A DNA stretch of 63,991 nt, counting the filler, from Ministeria vibrans ATCC 50519 (taxonomy: Eukaryota > Protista > Filasterea), in NCBI GenBank assembly GCA_943704425.1. It is 7 parts of 7 records of this genome, joined end to end, with 100 filler letters (N's around TTAATTAATTAA, not from the genome) between each part and the next. Parts side by side here need not be neighbours in the genome. Positions count along the whole stretch, not along the records: positions 1 to 16,261 come from CALSCP010002681.1; 6 more parts are not named here. One strand, given 5' to 3'. This document shows, piece by piece, positions 1 through 12,290 of the stretch. Under the pieces are notes generated by a model, which saw only the letters and a program-made list of their open reading frames with translations, searched no databases and was not told the DNA's origin. Position 1 is the stretch's first letter, and every line of letters begins with the position of its first letter. Both the position numbers and the translations under genes were made by a program.

Positions 1-76
1 AAATAAGCCCAACGGAGATCATGGAAGATATTATAATAATTAATTATCTCTTTTAACCCTCCCATCCCCCTTCCAG

Positions 77-296
77 CTGGCCAGGATATGGTGTATCTGA
101 TGTTTATCGCGTCACTTGTCTGGCCATCAGCCAACCTGTCTCCGCCCCCTCTCGATGCTTCTATAGCGCAGAAAGTGCTTCTGAGCTTGTCAAATCTTCT
201 TCTTCTACAATTATACTTGACAAAGTACTGCACACAATAGCCATTAGCCGGCAATATACGACTTTCGAGGAAGACGCGAACTTGTGTTCCAAATAA
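77..296 (+). CDS. Possible terminal exon of a gene entering from the left edge, function unknown
   Basis: Pyrimidine tract and CAG acceptor at 71-76, then an open frame WPGYGVSDVYRVTCLAIS...DANLCSK* ending TAA at 294-296. No recognisable motif. Confidence 0.3.
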
Positions 297-583
297 TTCC
301 TCAATGAAAGACTTATTATTAATTGTATTATTTCTTTTCTTTTAAATTTTTTGTTGTTGTTCTTCTGCAAAAAGGACTATCAATACTGTCGCGCGTGGAC
401 GCACATGCCGCGCAAATAACACAAATTCATAACTGTTAAACTGTAGACTGACCAATCACGTCACAGATCATACGCTCGAGAAAGGCCATCATGGCGCGGC
501 CAATTTGTCTCTTTGATCAAAATAAAACTAACTCGTAGTCTCGTAAACTTATTCACTTTTGTTTTTTGATTTTTCTTTCCATC

Positions 584-2039
584 ATGCTGGACTCTATCAT
601 CTCGTTGATACTCCTTCCATGGACCCTCATAGTCAATCTACCGACGACGCTCATGTGGATCAGGTTTGCATTGCTGACTGTCGTTTTCGGCTCACGGCTC
701 ATGTGTTCTACAGCGTCCTATCATTTGCGACCTACATCGTCCCGATCCTTGCGCAGGCCTTCTACTTCGACAAACACCCCGTGGACCTGAAGGTACGACT
801 GCCAGGGGGCGGCGGGTCACGCCCGCGTCTGCGCAGTGGCTGTGCCCCACTCACCCTGAGGCGTTTGCCCTTCTTGCGCGTCGCAGGCCAAATACAACGC
901 CCAGTGGGCTCTGGTGACTGGGGGCTCGTCAGGCATTGGCAAGTGCATTGTCGAACGATGCGCCCAGCAGGGCCTCAATGTTGTCATCGTGGCGCTTGGC
1001 GATGCGATGCTCGACGAGACAACGGCCGCCATGAAAAAGACATACAAGAAGGTTCAGTTCCGTTCCATTGGCGTCAACCTCGGCTGTACGACACACACAA
1101 GCCCACCACCCCACACTCGTTATGTACACCCCCTCTCTTTCTCTCTTCCACTTTGTTTTTCTCACTTTCACACACTCTCTTTCTCTCTATCACTTTGTTT
1201 CTCTCTCTATCACACACTCTCTTTCTCTCTATCACTTTGTTTCTCTCTCTATCACACACTCTCTTTCTCTCTTTCACTTGTTTCTCTCTCCCCCCCCTTC
1301 TTTTGCCTCTCTCATCCCTCTCACGTTGTTATTTCTCCTCCTCACCCAGCGAGTGTCATTGAAGATTACATGGGACCTATTCAAGAGGACACCGCCGACA
1401 TTGAGGTGCAGCTTGTGTTCAACAATGCTGGGTTTATCACAACGGGCTTCTTCCACGACATTCCTCTTGGCAAAAACATGGCTAACTTCAACTGCAACGC
1501 CGGATGCACCCTGCCCATCTCACACCACTTTCTGGGGCGACTTCGCAGCAAGAATCTGCCGGGGTTCTTTGGCTACACGTCGTCGTCTGCTGGTGAGGCA
1601 AACATAGCACTCCTCTCTTTGTATGTATTTCTCACACGTGTTTCTCTTGCGAGCAGCCTTCTTGCCAAACCCCTTGTCTTCGATGTACGCGTCGACCAAG
1701 GCCTTTTTGACCATGTTCGCATCGTCGCTTGCCGCTGAGGTGCGTGGCTCCGGCATCGACGTGTGTGTTGTGCACCCGTCGCCCATGGCCACCAACTTCT
1801 TCAGCAACGCCGGACAGCTCGACACACTCAAGGCGTTCATTCGCTTTGCCGCCGACCCCTTTGTCATCGCCGACATCCTCATGGCCAGCGCAGGGCGCTT
1901 CGTCGTGCGCGACCAAGGCGCCATCACCATCATCCTGCGCCTCCTCCTCAAGTGCCTCGACATCAACTTCCTCTCCGACATCATCTGCCGCACTGCCCAT
2001 CTCTCCGGCGATTACAAGAAGCTCAACAAGGCCAAATAA
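584..2039 (+). CDS. Short-chain dehydrogenase/reductase, VLCFA 3-ketoacyl-CoA reductase / 17beta-HSD12-like (5 exons)
   Basis: Spliced protein has a hydrophobic N-terminus, LKAKYNAQWALVTGGSSGIG (TGxxxGIG Rossmann motif), VFNNAG and catalytic YASTK. GT-AG introns at 664-713, 793-886, about 1086-1349 and about 1593-1656 restore the frame. Confidence 0.85.
1136..1300. repeat. (CT)n-embedded TATCACTTTGTTTC repeat family, copy in SDR intron
   Basis: Several ctctctatcactttgtttctctc units. Confidence 0.8.
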
Positions 2040-2323
2040 GCACACTTCCCATTCATTGTTTGTGAATTACACACTCTTCTTTTGCCCTGTTAATCACCTA
2101 ATAGTTAATTATTCTCTTTGTTGTTTCATACAGCACTCGCAATAAAACGCTAACGAACAACCAATCTCTACTGATACGCATTAAATTTTGTTTAATCCGT
2201 GTTATTTCTCTCTCACTCTCTCACACACATACACACACACACACACACACATACACACACACACACACACCCTCCCTCTCTCTTTATCACATTCACACAG
2301 TATCTCTGCTCAGTCTATCTTTG

Positions 2324-3730
2324 TTAAAGAGAGGTTCCGCCCTCAATCTCTCCGCGGTTGGGCTTGGGTTCGCTGTGCACGTCAAAACCCAGTAGCAGCG
2401 ACGCATCCACCTTGACTCCCTTCTTCTTCTTCTTGCGCTTCGAACTCGTTCCACTCTCTGCACGCAAACCAAAAGATCACATTAGAAATATATTTGGGTG
2501 CGTCTCTTCGTGTTTTGGATACCTTCAATGATGAGAGAAGAAAGGGGAATGGACCCCGGAGCGGCACTGGGCAGATCCCAGCCAGTGCGACGACCCACAG
2601 AGGGAGCAGCCACTGTCTTGGTGGGCTTGACCCAGGCGGGAGAGGCAGACACTGAGGCCGGGGGTGTCGCAGTCGCCCAAGGAGCGGCGCCATTGGATGC
2701 GGGAGGCGTCGACACTGCTGTTGAGGGAGTGCTCTTGGTGGGCGTCGATGTTGATGTCGACGTCTGGATGTGGCGAAGTCCTTTGCGACGTTGGATAAAC
2801 TGACGCGCAAACGTGTCTGTCTGCGGTCCTCCACCGAGCACAAAAGAAACATTCTCAAACACCTCACCGTCCGTTGCACAGTCGTTGAGAATGCCAAAAA
2901 ACATGTCGGTGTCCACGCCGGCGTTGAACGAGAGCAACTGCGCCGACACCCACGACGTAAACTGCGCCAGTGCCATTTGCGGATCGGCCATGTCCATGTC
3001 GGCGACCGTGCCTGACGCAGTCGTCGTGCTCGTGTCCCACGCAGTCGTCGTCGTCTTCGCCGCCGGCGATTGTTGCACAGCAGCAGAAGTAGGAGCACGA
3101 GCGGGCTGTGCCGTCGCACATTGATTCTTCTGTACTGACGCCGGTTGCAACGGCGCTGTTGCGGTCCCACTCGTCGCGCTTGAAGTCGTCTGCTCACGTC
3201 CACTCGCCTGCTCCAGACGCTGTTCCATGCGCTTCAGCGACCGTCGCATCCGCTTCTTTTCATTCTTTGTCAACGTCCCACTGCTAATCGTCGCCTGAAG
3301 CGTCGCAATTTGCTTGGCAATATCACCTAAACAGCAATAACACGGCATTTGGTTGGTCGTTTGAAAGATATAATGCAAAATTGATTCGAACATAAAATCA
3401 ATAATAATTATTAACGAACTATTTTGATACTATTTTTTTTGTACCACTGGAGGAGCCACCGACTTGTTCCCACTCGGCATCGTCATCGTCATCAAAGTCC
3501 ATTACTGCCTTGAATGTGACGGGTGTTGCCGTTGCTGCCGGTGCCGGTGCAGGTGCAGGCGCAGGGACGCTTGTCGTAGTAGCAACGGGCACAGGCGACT
3601 CTGGTTCAGTCGTCGCGGCTTCAGGCGTGGGCAGAGCGGCAGGACCAAGAGCGGGTTCCTCTTTGGGCGGCTGCTCTTGCGTATGAGAAGCAGTGTACTG
3701 CTGAGCGGGTGGTGCATGTGACAGGAACTG

Positions 3731-3770
<40 letters not shown>

Positions 3771-6121
3771 GGTTGTTGTTGGAGATACGACTGATGAGGA
3801 TGACCCCAAGCAGAGGGATGTGGTTGAAGTGGTTGATGTTGTGGCGGTGGTTGCTGTTGCGCAGAAGCTCCATAGGGAGCAAAAGGCAAGGGGGCGGGTG
3901 CAAAAGGCGAGAACGCATGGTGGGGTGTGTGCATTGGCGACTGTTGTTGTTGTTGTTGTTGTTGTTGCATCATGATATGATGCTGTTGCTGCTCAAAAAT
4001 GTGCTGTTGTTGACGTTGCGCTGTGTACTGGATAAACTCGTGTTGGTGTGGCGACATGATATGCTGCTGCTGACGAGGATCATAGGATGATTGCACGGGC
4101 GACGCCGGGTGATTGAAGACATTCTGGGCGGGCGGAGGAGCAGGCGAGAGGGCTGCTTCGGCGTTGGGCACGCGCTCGACAAAGGGCGGATCGCCCTCGG
4201 GACTCATGAGCGTATACAGCGGCCGAAACTGCGTCTCGTGTTCACGACGCACAGGCAAGTCGCGGTGAAAAAAGTTGGACTGGAACCACTGCAGCATGTT
4301 CTCATTGATGAACGGTCCTACAAACCACACGAGGGCAAAATCAATTGATAATTAAAAATTATAATCGTAATAATAATAAAGATTATATAAATAGTACCAT
4401 GTTCGTTTCCTTGTGGATCAGTGTAGAACCAACGAGTGGCAGCGACGGAGACGGACACAGGGGCAGGTGCAACAAGATTGCTTGGCTTGGGTGTTTCTTG
4501 CTCGACGAGAGGCGTCTCTTCGAGATCATCGTTGGCGCTTGCGTCAAAGAGACGACGGCCGACGGTGCGCGGGGGCACGGAACGGTCGGCTGCCGGAAGC
4601 ATCTCAAGTGTACCGGGGGTGCTTCGATGGGCCTGCACAATGGCCGGGTCAAATGTCGTGTCGGGAACGGCTGCAGGCGCTGCTGCCATCACCGCCGCCA
4701 TCGCTAGCGCCGCCGGCTCCGGCTCAAGCGATTCACTGAGGACACTGTCAGTGGTGGCGTCGCCGCAGCAGAAGACCCCCTTGGCGTCAAAGTAGCCGCG
4801 TGTCTCAGCAACGTCACCCTTAGACGTATCGTTCCACAATGGTGTGGGCTCGTCCGCCTCGCTATGTGGATGCTGATGACGGCTGTCGCCACGAGGTGGA
4901 CGAAACGATTGCCACGATGAACCGTCACCATGAAGCTGATGCTGATGGTCTCGCGAGTGTTGGCGTTGCACTGGCCCCCCTCCTTGGCCATTGTTCCATC
5001 GGTTGTTACCCCACCGATCCGAGTTGCGACCTCCGCTTCTCCACTCACTGCCATGCTGCTGTTGCTGAGAATGACCACCACTACCACCACCACCACCACC
5101 ATTGCGACGCCAGTCATCGCCGCGCTGCCATCGTCCTCCGCCTCCGCCTCCCTGTCCATGCTGTCCGTGATGCCCGCCAATCTGGTCGCTTTTGTGTCGC
5201 TGTACCGGCGGATGGCTGTACTGACGCTCAATCGACGCAAAGTCTTCGTCACTGTTGCCAGTTGCATCGTGAGAGGCCCGATTGCGCGAATCTATCCAAC
5301 AATATACGCAGGGGGGTTTAAAAAGATCCATGGCAAATTCCGGCGTACGACGATGATGCATTGGTCCACCGGATCGCGCTTCGCTGCCACGTCGACTGAT
5401 GGCGCTATTGATCGGCATAGTTTCCAGATCAGCCTGAGTCAGCGAGAGAGAGAGAGAGAGAGGAGGGAGAAAGAAACAAAGTGATAGAGAGAGAGGAGGC
5501 AGAAAGAAACAAAGTGATAGAGAGAGGAGGGAGAGAGAAACAAAGTGATCGAGAGAGAGAGGCAAAGTGACAGAGAGAGAGGAGGGAGAAAGAAACAAAG
5601 TGATAGAGAGAGAGGAGGAAGAAAGAAACAAAGTGATAGAGTGAGAGAAGCAAAGTGATAGAGAGAGAGAAGCAAAGTGATAGAGAGAGAGGAGGGAGAA
5701 AGAAACGAAACAAAGTGATAGTGATAGAGAGAAAAGAACAAAAGGAAAAGAAAAAGTCAGATGAGTATAAAACGAAAAAAAAGAGGACAGGGAGATTTGC
5801 TGGGCACACAGCAGTGCAGTCGGCACCTTTTCGGCGGACGACAGCGGCACAAGCGACATGGGAGGGTGCGCTTCGGGTGCGCGAATGACATCGAATTTCT
5901 TGAGAATGCTCATGGCGGCTGCCTCGCCCGTGCCCGGCGGCGCCTTCTTGTAGATGGCCAGCAGCTCATCGCGCGTGTACGATGTCGTCACCGGCTTGAT
6001 CGTCTCCTTGCCTCTGGACGTGCGTTCAACGCGTCGCCTGGAAATGGGCGCAAGTCAGTCTCACACACGGTCCCTTTGCTCGCCTCCCTCACCATGCGGG
6101 CGTCAGCGAAACCTCCTCCAT
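2324..6121 (-). CDS. GIGYF: GIGYF/Smy2-type GYF-domain protein (4EHP-binding translational repressor adaptor)
   Basis: N-terminal YTRDELL (YxxxxLphi cap-protein-binding motif); GYF domain WFYTDPQGNEH|GPFINENMLQWFQSNFF; C-terminal KKKKKGVKVDASLLLGFDV...NRGEIE typical of GIGYF tails; multi-exon. Confidence 0.85.
5443..5735. repeat. Same repeat family, about 10 units in GIGYF intron
   Basis: Repeated agaaacaaagtgatagagagagag on the + strand. Confidence 0.9.
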
Positions 6122-6457
6122 AGTGTGTGAATGCCCTTCGCCAAACTCAATCAAAAGGATGATTAATAATTGTTATTTTTATATTGTATAATATTTTATT
6201 AATTATTATATCAAATCTCATGAACTACTACAATCACATGTATGAAAAGGAAAATCGATAGAACAGTGGCAAATCAGAAGGGCAATAGGGAATTCGCTCT
6301 TCCACACCTGATTTATATTCGTGTGCGGCACGTGTATGAGCGGGTGAGGCAACGATCGCCTTCAAGTTGTGAAGTACGCCAACGAAAACAAAATAACAAC
6401 AAAAATTCTTTTTACTTTTATTCGCCCCGCAAAGTCAGTCGAAAGAGTAAATTGATA

Positions 6458-7331
6458 ATGTCGGGCACCGATGGAATGGAGTCAGTGATCACCGAGGGCT
6501 CCTGCCTCGTGAAAAGCAGCAAGGGCCTGAGCAAGTCGCGCAAAATGCACTGCAAGATCACGAACAAGCGTCTGCTCTTCTACAAGGCGGAGGTACGGCC
6601 CGCCGCCCTCTCTCTTGCACGCCCCTCCAAATCCCCACCCACCGTCGCCCCATCCTTCCCAGCATTGCCTGCCCTCTTTGTTTTTTTCTTCTTTTTTTTT
6701 TTTTTTCATTGTCTCGTCTGTCATTGACACAATCCCTCTCTTATTTGGGCCATTTTCTCGTCGTTTCTGGTCGCGTTGACGTGCCACGCGCCATGGAAGG
6801 TCGACCCATTGGCCTGATGCGCGTCTGACGCGTCACTTTGGGCCTGTAGCAGGCCGTACGTGTCCCGTGACGCTGTAAAAGGACCTTTAGCCTTGAATTG
6901 CGTTCCAAAGTGAATTTTTCGCGTCACTCTGCCTCTTCGTCGCCCATCCTGCCATCTATTGCATTGTCGCCCGCCCCCACTCCGTTGCGCTCACATCGCC
7001 CAGTGTTGCGGCGCCACCAACGCCTTTTGCGGCGCACTAGAGCTGTTCGCAATGAATTGGGTTAAAAAAAAAGCTCGAAAGCGCACGTCTAGACGCATCA
7101 CAGCGCCAAAGCCTTGCTCTGTACGCTCTTCAACAACTCTCACGGCACCGGCACACTCGCGTGAGCAATATTTCATGCCGTCGTTTGGCTGTGGTGGGAA
7201 GCAGCAGAGAAAAAAAAGATGTTTCAACGGCAGTCGCCCTTGTCATCCTTGCTTCTGCTCACTCACCAACTCTGTGCGCTTGTGCAGTCCCACTTCCTTC
7301 CCTCACCTCCCGACGACTGTCTCTTAGACTT

Positions 7332-7366
<35 letters not shown>

Positions 7367-8377
7367 GATCCAATGTTGATGCTTGAACAAAACTCCCTTT
7401 CCCTTCTCGTCTCTTTGCGCAAACTCCTCTTCTCTCTGCTCCTCTCTCCTCTCTTTCTGTCTCATTTGGGACCTAACCCCAAACGCCTGGCGAGCGCCTC
7501 ATGCGCCTGCGACACTTTGGGTGTTGACACTTTTTTTGCCGTTTGTTCTTCTATTGTGTGATTATTATTAGGGGGATCAAAAACCCGAGCGAGAGCTGGC
7601 TCTGGCAGAAATTTTGCGCGCCGAGCGACCACAGGAAATTACCAAGGGATTTGAAGTATGTCTTCAGATTTTCACAGCAAAGGTAATCGAGTGTGTTATA
7701 GTAATGTAACAGCAATAGTATTAAATTTTTTTGTACCCTTTGTGGATAGGGAGCCATCTTTACCGTTGGACTGGACACGGACAACCAAGTTGTGGATTGG
7801 ATTGATATTATCAACGATGTACGAAGATCTTCCAAGCACCAATTGTCTGACTAATGTGTTGTTTTGTTGTTGTTTTTGTTGTTGTTGTTGTTGTTGTTAT
7901 TGTTATTGTTTGTAGAACCTGCCACACAGGGACATTTCGCTTCCGCGTGACTTTGTGCACGAGGTCCACGTTGGGTTTGACGAGAAGACGGGTAACTTTC
8001 CGGGGTTGCCGGACGCCCTACAGGCCATGTTGGAGGCGGCAGGCATTTCGGCCGAGGAGCGCGCCAAGGACCCACAGGCAGTGTTGGACGCGCTGCAGAC
8101 GTTCCAGGAGGAGATGGAGGGAAACCAAGAGGCAAACCTTATGTGGAACAAGCTGGACGTGAACCGCGATGCTGAGGGCCGACCGCGCACGCGAACTTTC
8201 TCAGTCGCCAACAAGGGCGGTGCCGCCACGACCACCACGACCGCCACTCCTGTCCCGGCTCCCAAGCCTGTCGCTCCCCCCAAACCCTCACCCGCCCCCA
8301 AGCCCACGACCACCGCCACTCCCGCCCCTCAGGCACCCGCCAAGAAGGTCAAGCGTACCCCACGCAACGACGCAGAG
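6458..8377 (+). CDS. PH + CRIB/PBD protein, probably a Cla4-like p21-activated kinase; 3' part lost in N-gap
   Basis: Exons 1-3 splice to a PH domain (EGSCLVKS...KITNKRLLFYK...VVDWIDIIND). Exon 4 has the CRIB plus autoinhibitory region ISLPRDFVHEVHVGFDEKTGNFPGLP...AGIS...DPQAVLDAL, then a Pro-rich linker. No kinase domain is visible. Confidence 0.75.
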
Positions 8378-8428
8378 GTACAACAAAATTAATATTATAA
8401 TAAGAAGCAGAACAACAACAACAACAGC

Positions 8429-8522
<94 letters not shown>
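8429..8522. repeat. (AAT)n microsatellite abutting a 731-N gap (8523-9253)
   Basis: Direct read. Confidence 0.95.
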
Positions 8523-9406
8523 NNNNNNNNNNNNNNNNNNNNNNNNNNNNNNNNNNNNNNNNNNNNNNNNNNNNNNNNNNNNNNNNNNNNNNNNNNNNNN
8601 NNNNNNNNNNNNNNNNNNNNNNNNNNNNNNNNNNNNNNNNNNNNNNNNNNNNNNNNNNNNNNNNNNNNNNNNNNNNNNNNNNNNNNNNNNNNNNNNNNNN
8701 NNNNNNNNNNNNNNNNNNNNNNNNNNNNNNNNNNNNNNNNNNNNNNNNNNNNNNNNNNNNNNNNNNNNNNNNNNNNNNNNNNNNNNNNNNNNNNNNNNNN
8801 NNNNNNNNNNNNNNNNNNNNNNNNNNNNNNNNNNNNNNNNNNNNNNNNNNNNNNNNNNNNNNNNNNNNNNNNNNNNNNNNNNNNNNNNNNNNNNNNNNNN
8901 NNNNNNNNNNNNNNNNNNNNNNNNNNNNNNNNNNNNNNNNNNNNNNNNNNNNNNNNNNNNNNNNNNNNNNNNNNNNNNNNNNNNNNNNNNNNNNNNNNNN
9001 NNNNNNNNNNNNNNNNNNNNNNNNNNNNNNNNNNNNNNNNNNNNNNNNNNNNNNNNNNNNNNNNNNNNNNNNNNNNNNNNNNNNNNNNNNNNNNNNNNNN
9101 NNNNNNNNNNNNNNNNNNNNNNNNNNNNNNNNNNNNNNNNNNNNNNNNNNNNNNNNNNNNNNNNNNNNNNNNNNNNNNNNNNNNNNNNNNNNNNNNNNNN
9201 NNNNNNNNNNNNNNNNNNNNNNNNNNNNNNNNNNNNNNNNNNNNNNNNNNNNNCCCCCCCCCCGCCCTCTCTGTGTGACCTTTTTTCTTTCTCCCCCTCT
9301 ATTTTGGGTTCTCTTTTCAGTAAAAGACAAACTCTTTCATCACAACGAAGCAGAGTGATAACAATCAAAAATACTATAATAATCATGATACAAAACAAGA
9401 AACTGT

Positions 9407-11938
9407 TCAGCGCTCTTGGAGACTGGTAGGGTTCGGAGGGGCGCGCCTGAGGTGGGCAAAGCGGTCGGGAGCGGAGCGGAGACGCTGGCGAGAGGGCTCG
9501 AGCAGGTGGTGTTGGGAGGAGGGGGAAGTGCGGCCATGGCCGAGGATGCTGGCGATGGCGGGGTTGGCGAGGTGGGCAGAGGTGGGTGGGAGTGGTGCAG
9601 GATAAAGACCCGGAGGTGCGTATGTTGCGGGTTGGGTGTAGGGGAAGCCAGCGGGCTGGGATTGTGCCTGCAGTTGCGACTGTAATTGTGCTTGTGGTTG
9701 AGAGGCCCCCCCCTGCTGCTGCTGCTGCTGCTGCTGGTGGTGGTGGTGGTGGTGCTGTCTTTGTCCTGACTGCGCCTCTTCGCGACTCTTCTGAAGGTTC
9801 TGTTGCTCTGCCGCGACGCGACGATAGTCCTCAATGGCGACGTGGAGGCGCTTGCGGGCACCCTGGGTGGTGATGCCGGCCGCGTGCATTTCCTGGTCAG
9901 ACATGGCACAGAGACCCTCAAAGGAGATGTTGGCGGCCTCGAGCACGTCAGTATACTTGTGGAGACGAAGGGAGCGTAGCCAGGTGCGCAGGTCGGGCTG
10001 CTGTGCGACCATGGAGTGGTTGACGACGGCAATGCTGTGGCGACGACGGCGACGGCCCCCGCCTCCGCCGCCATGACGACCCATGGGCGGGCTGCATGAG
10101 CTGTCGGCAGTGTTGGGGTGGTAGGGCGAGGACCGGCTGTCGCCACCTGGGGACATAGAGCCCATGCTGGCGGTGGATGCGGCGGTGGCGAGAGGGCGAG
10201 GCGGGTAGTGGATGCGAGGACGGCCGGCAGGGAGGGAAGCAAGGGACGATGAAGCAGGCGGTCCGTTGAAGGAACGAGAGCGGTTGGCACGGCCAACCAC
10301 ATCGGCAAACTCGTCGTAGTCGTCGACGGAGCAGGGCGGGACGTTGGTGAAGGACTCGGAGCGGCCGGTGCGCACAGAATAGTCGGGGTCGTCGAAGCTG
10401 GTCGAGGAAGGGGAGGCAGCAGTGAAGACGGGGGAGGAGGAGACGGAGACGGACGGGGAGACAAGCGAGCGGGTGTGGTGCAGGTGGTTAAGATTGGGGT
10501 GTACGTGATATTGGTACTGTTGCTGTTTTTGGGGCGTCGAGAAGGAGTGATTGACGGCGGCAGCGGATGACGACATGACAACACGAGCGGACTTGAGAGG
10601 AATGCCAGGGGCACCAAAGCAAGGAGGAGAGGAAGAGGAAGCGGAGGTGGAAGTGGACGTGATAGAAGAAGTGGTGGTGCTTGTGGTGGGGGCAGCGGCG
10701 GTAGGTGAGGGGTAGAGAGGGAGGGAGTGAGAAGAGTGGAAGAGGTCGGCTGTCGTTGCTGTGGTTGCGGTTGTTGCTGCAGTGGGAACGGTGGAGGCCG
10801 GGGAAAGGGCCGACGGCTCGAGTGAGAGTGTGTCCATGATGCCCATGAGGTTGTGTTCTTCGACGAGAATGCCTTCTTCGAGTTTGGCCACTTCGAGACT
10901 GGCGGGATGAAAGGGAGCTGCTGTGGCTTGCAGAGGAGACGCCGCCAGTGTCGACGACATGGAGGAGCTGACGGCAAGATTGGGCGCAACGGCGGTGGTC
11001 GTTCTTGCGCTGGTCGACGCACTGGCACCGACCGCCAGGAGATGCTTAAGGTAGCACTGGGCGCCAAAGAGAATGCCTTGGCGGGCTGTGGCCGACTGGA
11101 TTCCGGCGTGGGCGAGCGCGTGATCGTCGCTGCGGAGGAGCTGGTGGAGATCGACGTTGGCGAGGGCAAGGGTGGGTGCGTATGCACTGTGCTGGATGAC
11201 TTCAAGGAACGAGTCAACGTTGTGGATGTGCGCCTGTGCAAAGTTGATGTTGGAGATGAACAGCCTCAGGGGATTGTCGAAGAGATCGGGTGCGGATGCT
11301 GCCTGACGACGCAGCGGCACCGTAGCGGCAGCAGTGCCAGTAGACAATAGCGGGGATACGGCGGCTGCGGGGCCAGCAGCGGTGGACCAGAGACTCAGGG
11401 AGGCGTCGCTCGAGGAGGACGCCCATTTGGAAAAGCCCGTGTTGACGTGCAGTGCTTCGCCCGCGTCGACCATGTCGTTTCTCAGTGCCGCCGCACCCAC
11501 CGGCAATGGAAGGGCACTCTGGGAGCCAAGAGAAGACCTCGACGTGGACGCAAGAGGCTTGGGGAGTGTCGAACAGGAGGAATTTGGGGCAATGTCGGCA
11601 TTTCGAAACATCAGCTCGTGCAGAGCACCGAGGGTCTCAGAAGACCCATGGGACGACGTAAGAGGGTCCCATCCTGCATCGTCACTGGCAGCTGAGGGAG
11701 CGAAAACGCCAAGCGTCTGGGCTGGTGAAGGCTCCTGAAGACGAAAAGGCGGTGTGGCGTCGGTGACAGCGACGTGGGGGCTGGAAGAGGAAGCGGACGC
11801 CACAGCGGTGCCTTGCAGCGAGAAGACTGTCGTAGAGGGAGGCGTGGGAGCGTCTTCGGGACAGGGAAGGAGCGAGCGCGCGGGTTTTTCGGTGGGCGCA
11901 CTTGAGTCTCCAGGTGTTGTGTCGTACGGCGACCACAT
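9407..11938 (-). CDS. Smaug/Vts1-like RNA-binding SAM protein with a second degenerate SAM domain
   Basis: WLRSLRLHKYT...GITTQGARKRL (about 9820-9996) is the Smaug/Vts1 SAM signature. The frame is open back to an acceptor at about 12000, so an upstream micro-exon is possible. Confidence 0.8.
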   Translation of the reverse strand: MWSPYDTTPGDSSAPTEKPARSLLPCPEDAPTPPSTTVFSLQGTAVASASSSSPHVAVTDATPPFRLQEPSPAQTLGVFAPSAASDDAGWDPLTSSHGSSETLGALHELMFRNADIAPNSSCSTLPKPLASTSRSSLGSQSALPLPVGAAALRNDMVDAGEALHVNTGFSKWASSSSDASLSLWSTAAGPAAAVSPLLSTGTAAATVPLRRQAASAPDLFDNPLRLFISNINFAQAHIHNVDSFLEVIQHSAYAPTLALANVDLHQLLRSDDHALAHAGIQSATARQGILFGAQCYLKHLLAVGASASTSARTTTAVAPNLAVSSSMSSTLAASPLQATAAPFHPASLEVAKLEEGILVEEHNLMGIMDTLSLEPSALSPASTVPTAATTATTATTADLFHSSHSLPLYPSPTAAAPTTSTTTSSITSTSTSASSSSPPCFGAPGIPLKSARVVMSSSAAAVNHSFSTPQKQQQYQYHVHPNLNHLHHTRSLVSPSVSVSSSPVFTAASPSSTSFDDPDYSVRTGRSESFTNVPPCSVDDYDEFADVVGRANRSRSFNGPPASSSLASLPAGRPRIHYPPRPLATAASTASMGSMSPGGDSRSSPYHPNTADSSCSPPMGRHGGGGGGRRRRRHSIAVVNHSMVAQQPDLRTWLRSLRLHKYTDVLEAANISFEGLCAMSDQEMHAAGITTQGARKRLHVAIEDYRRVAAEQQNLQKSREEAQSGQRQHHHHHHQQQQQQQQGGASQPQAQLQSQLQAQSQPAGFPYTQPATYAPPGLYPAPLPPTSAHLANPAIASILGHGRTSPSSQHHLLEPSRQRLRSAPDRFAHLRRAPPNPTSLQER

Positions 11939-12290
11939 CCAGGGAGAAGAGTGCGAGACGGACAGGGATCCTTCTGTCTTGGCCGATGCAGAGTGTAGCT
12001 GGAGAGGTCAAACAAAAATGCCACAGTGAGTTCGACTGTTCAAGTGAATGAGTGAGTGAATGAGTGAGTGACTAATGACAAATCCAGAAATCTCAAATTC
12101 TTAAATAATCCTTTTTTTTTGCCCTCTCTCGTCGGTACGTAACGGTCACAACGCAAAATCTGAGCACACACACATACACATACACACACACACACACACC
12201 ATCCCGTGGATCACCACACTGACCATTCGCTGTTTCTCTCTCTTTTTTTTTTTTTTTTTTTTTTTACGTCGTTTTCGATAGAATTTCAGG

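Noticed and set aside
6870-6925. CCUUUUAC (U5 loop-like, minus strand) and AAUUUUU (Sm-like, plus strand) in the PAK intron
   Set aside because: Opposite strands and no closing U5 stem.
9340-11241. 633-aa alternative-frame ORF overlapping the Smaug-like gene, and many similar overlapping ORFs (e.g. 56781-58112)
   Set aside because: Shadow ORFs of GC-rich coding sequence with no motifs.
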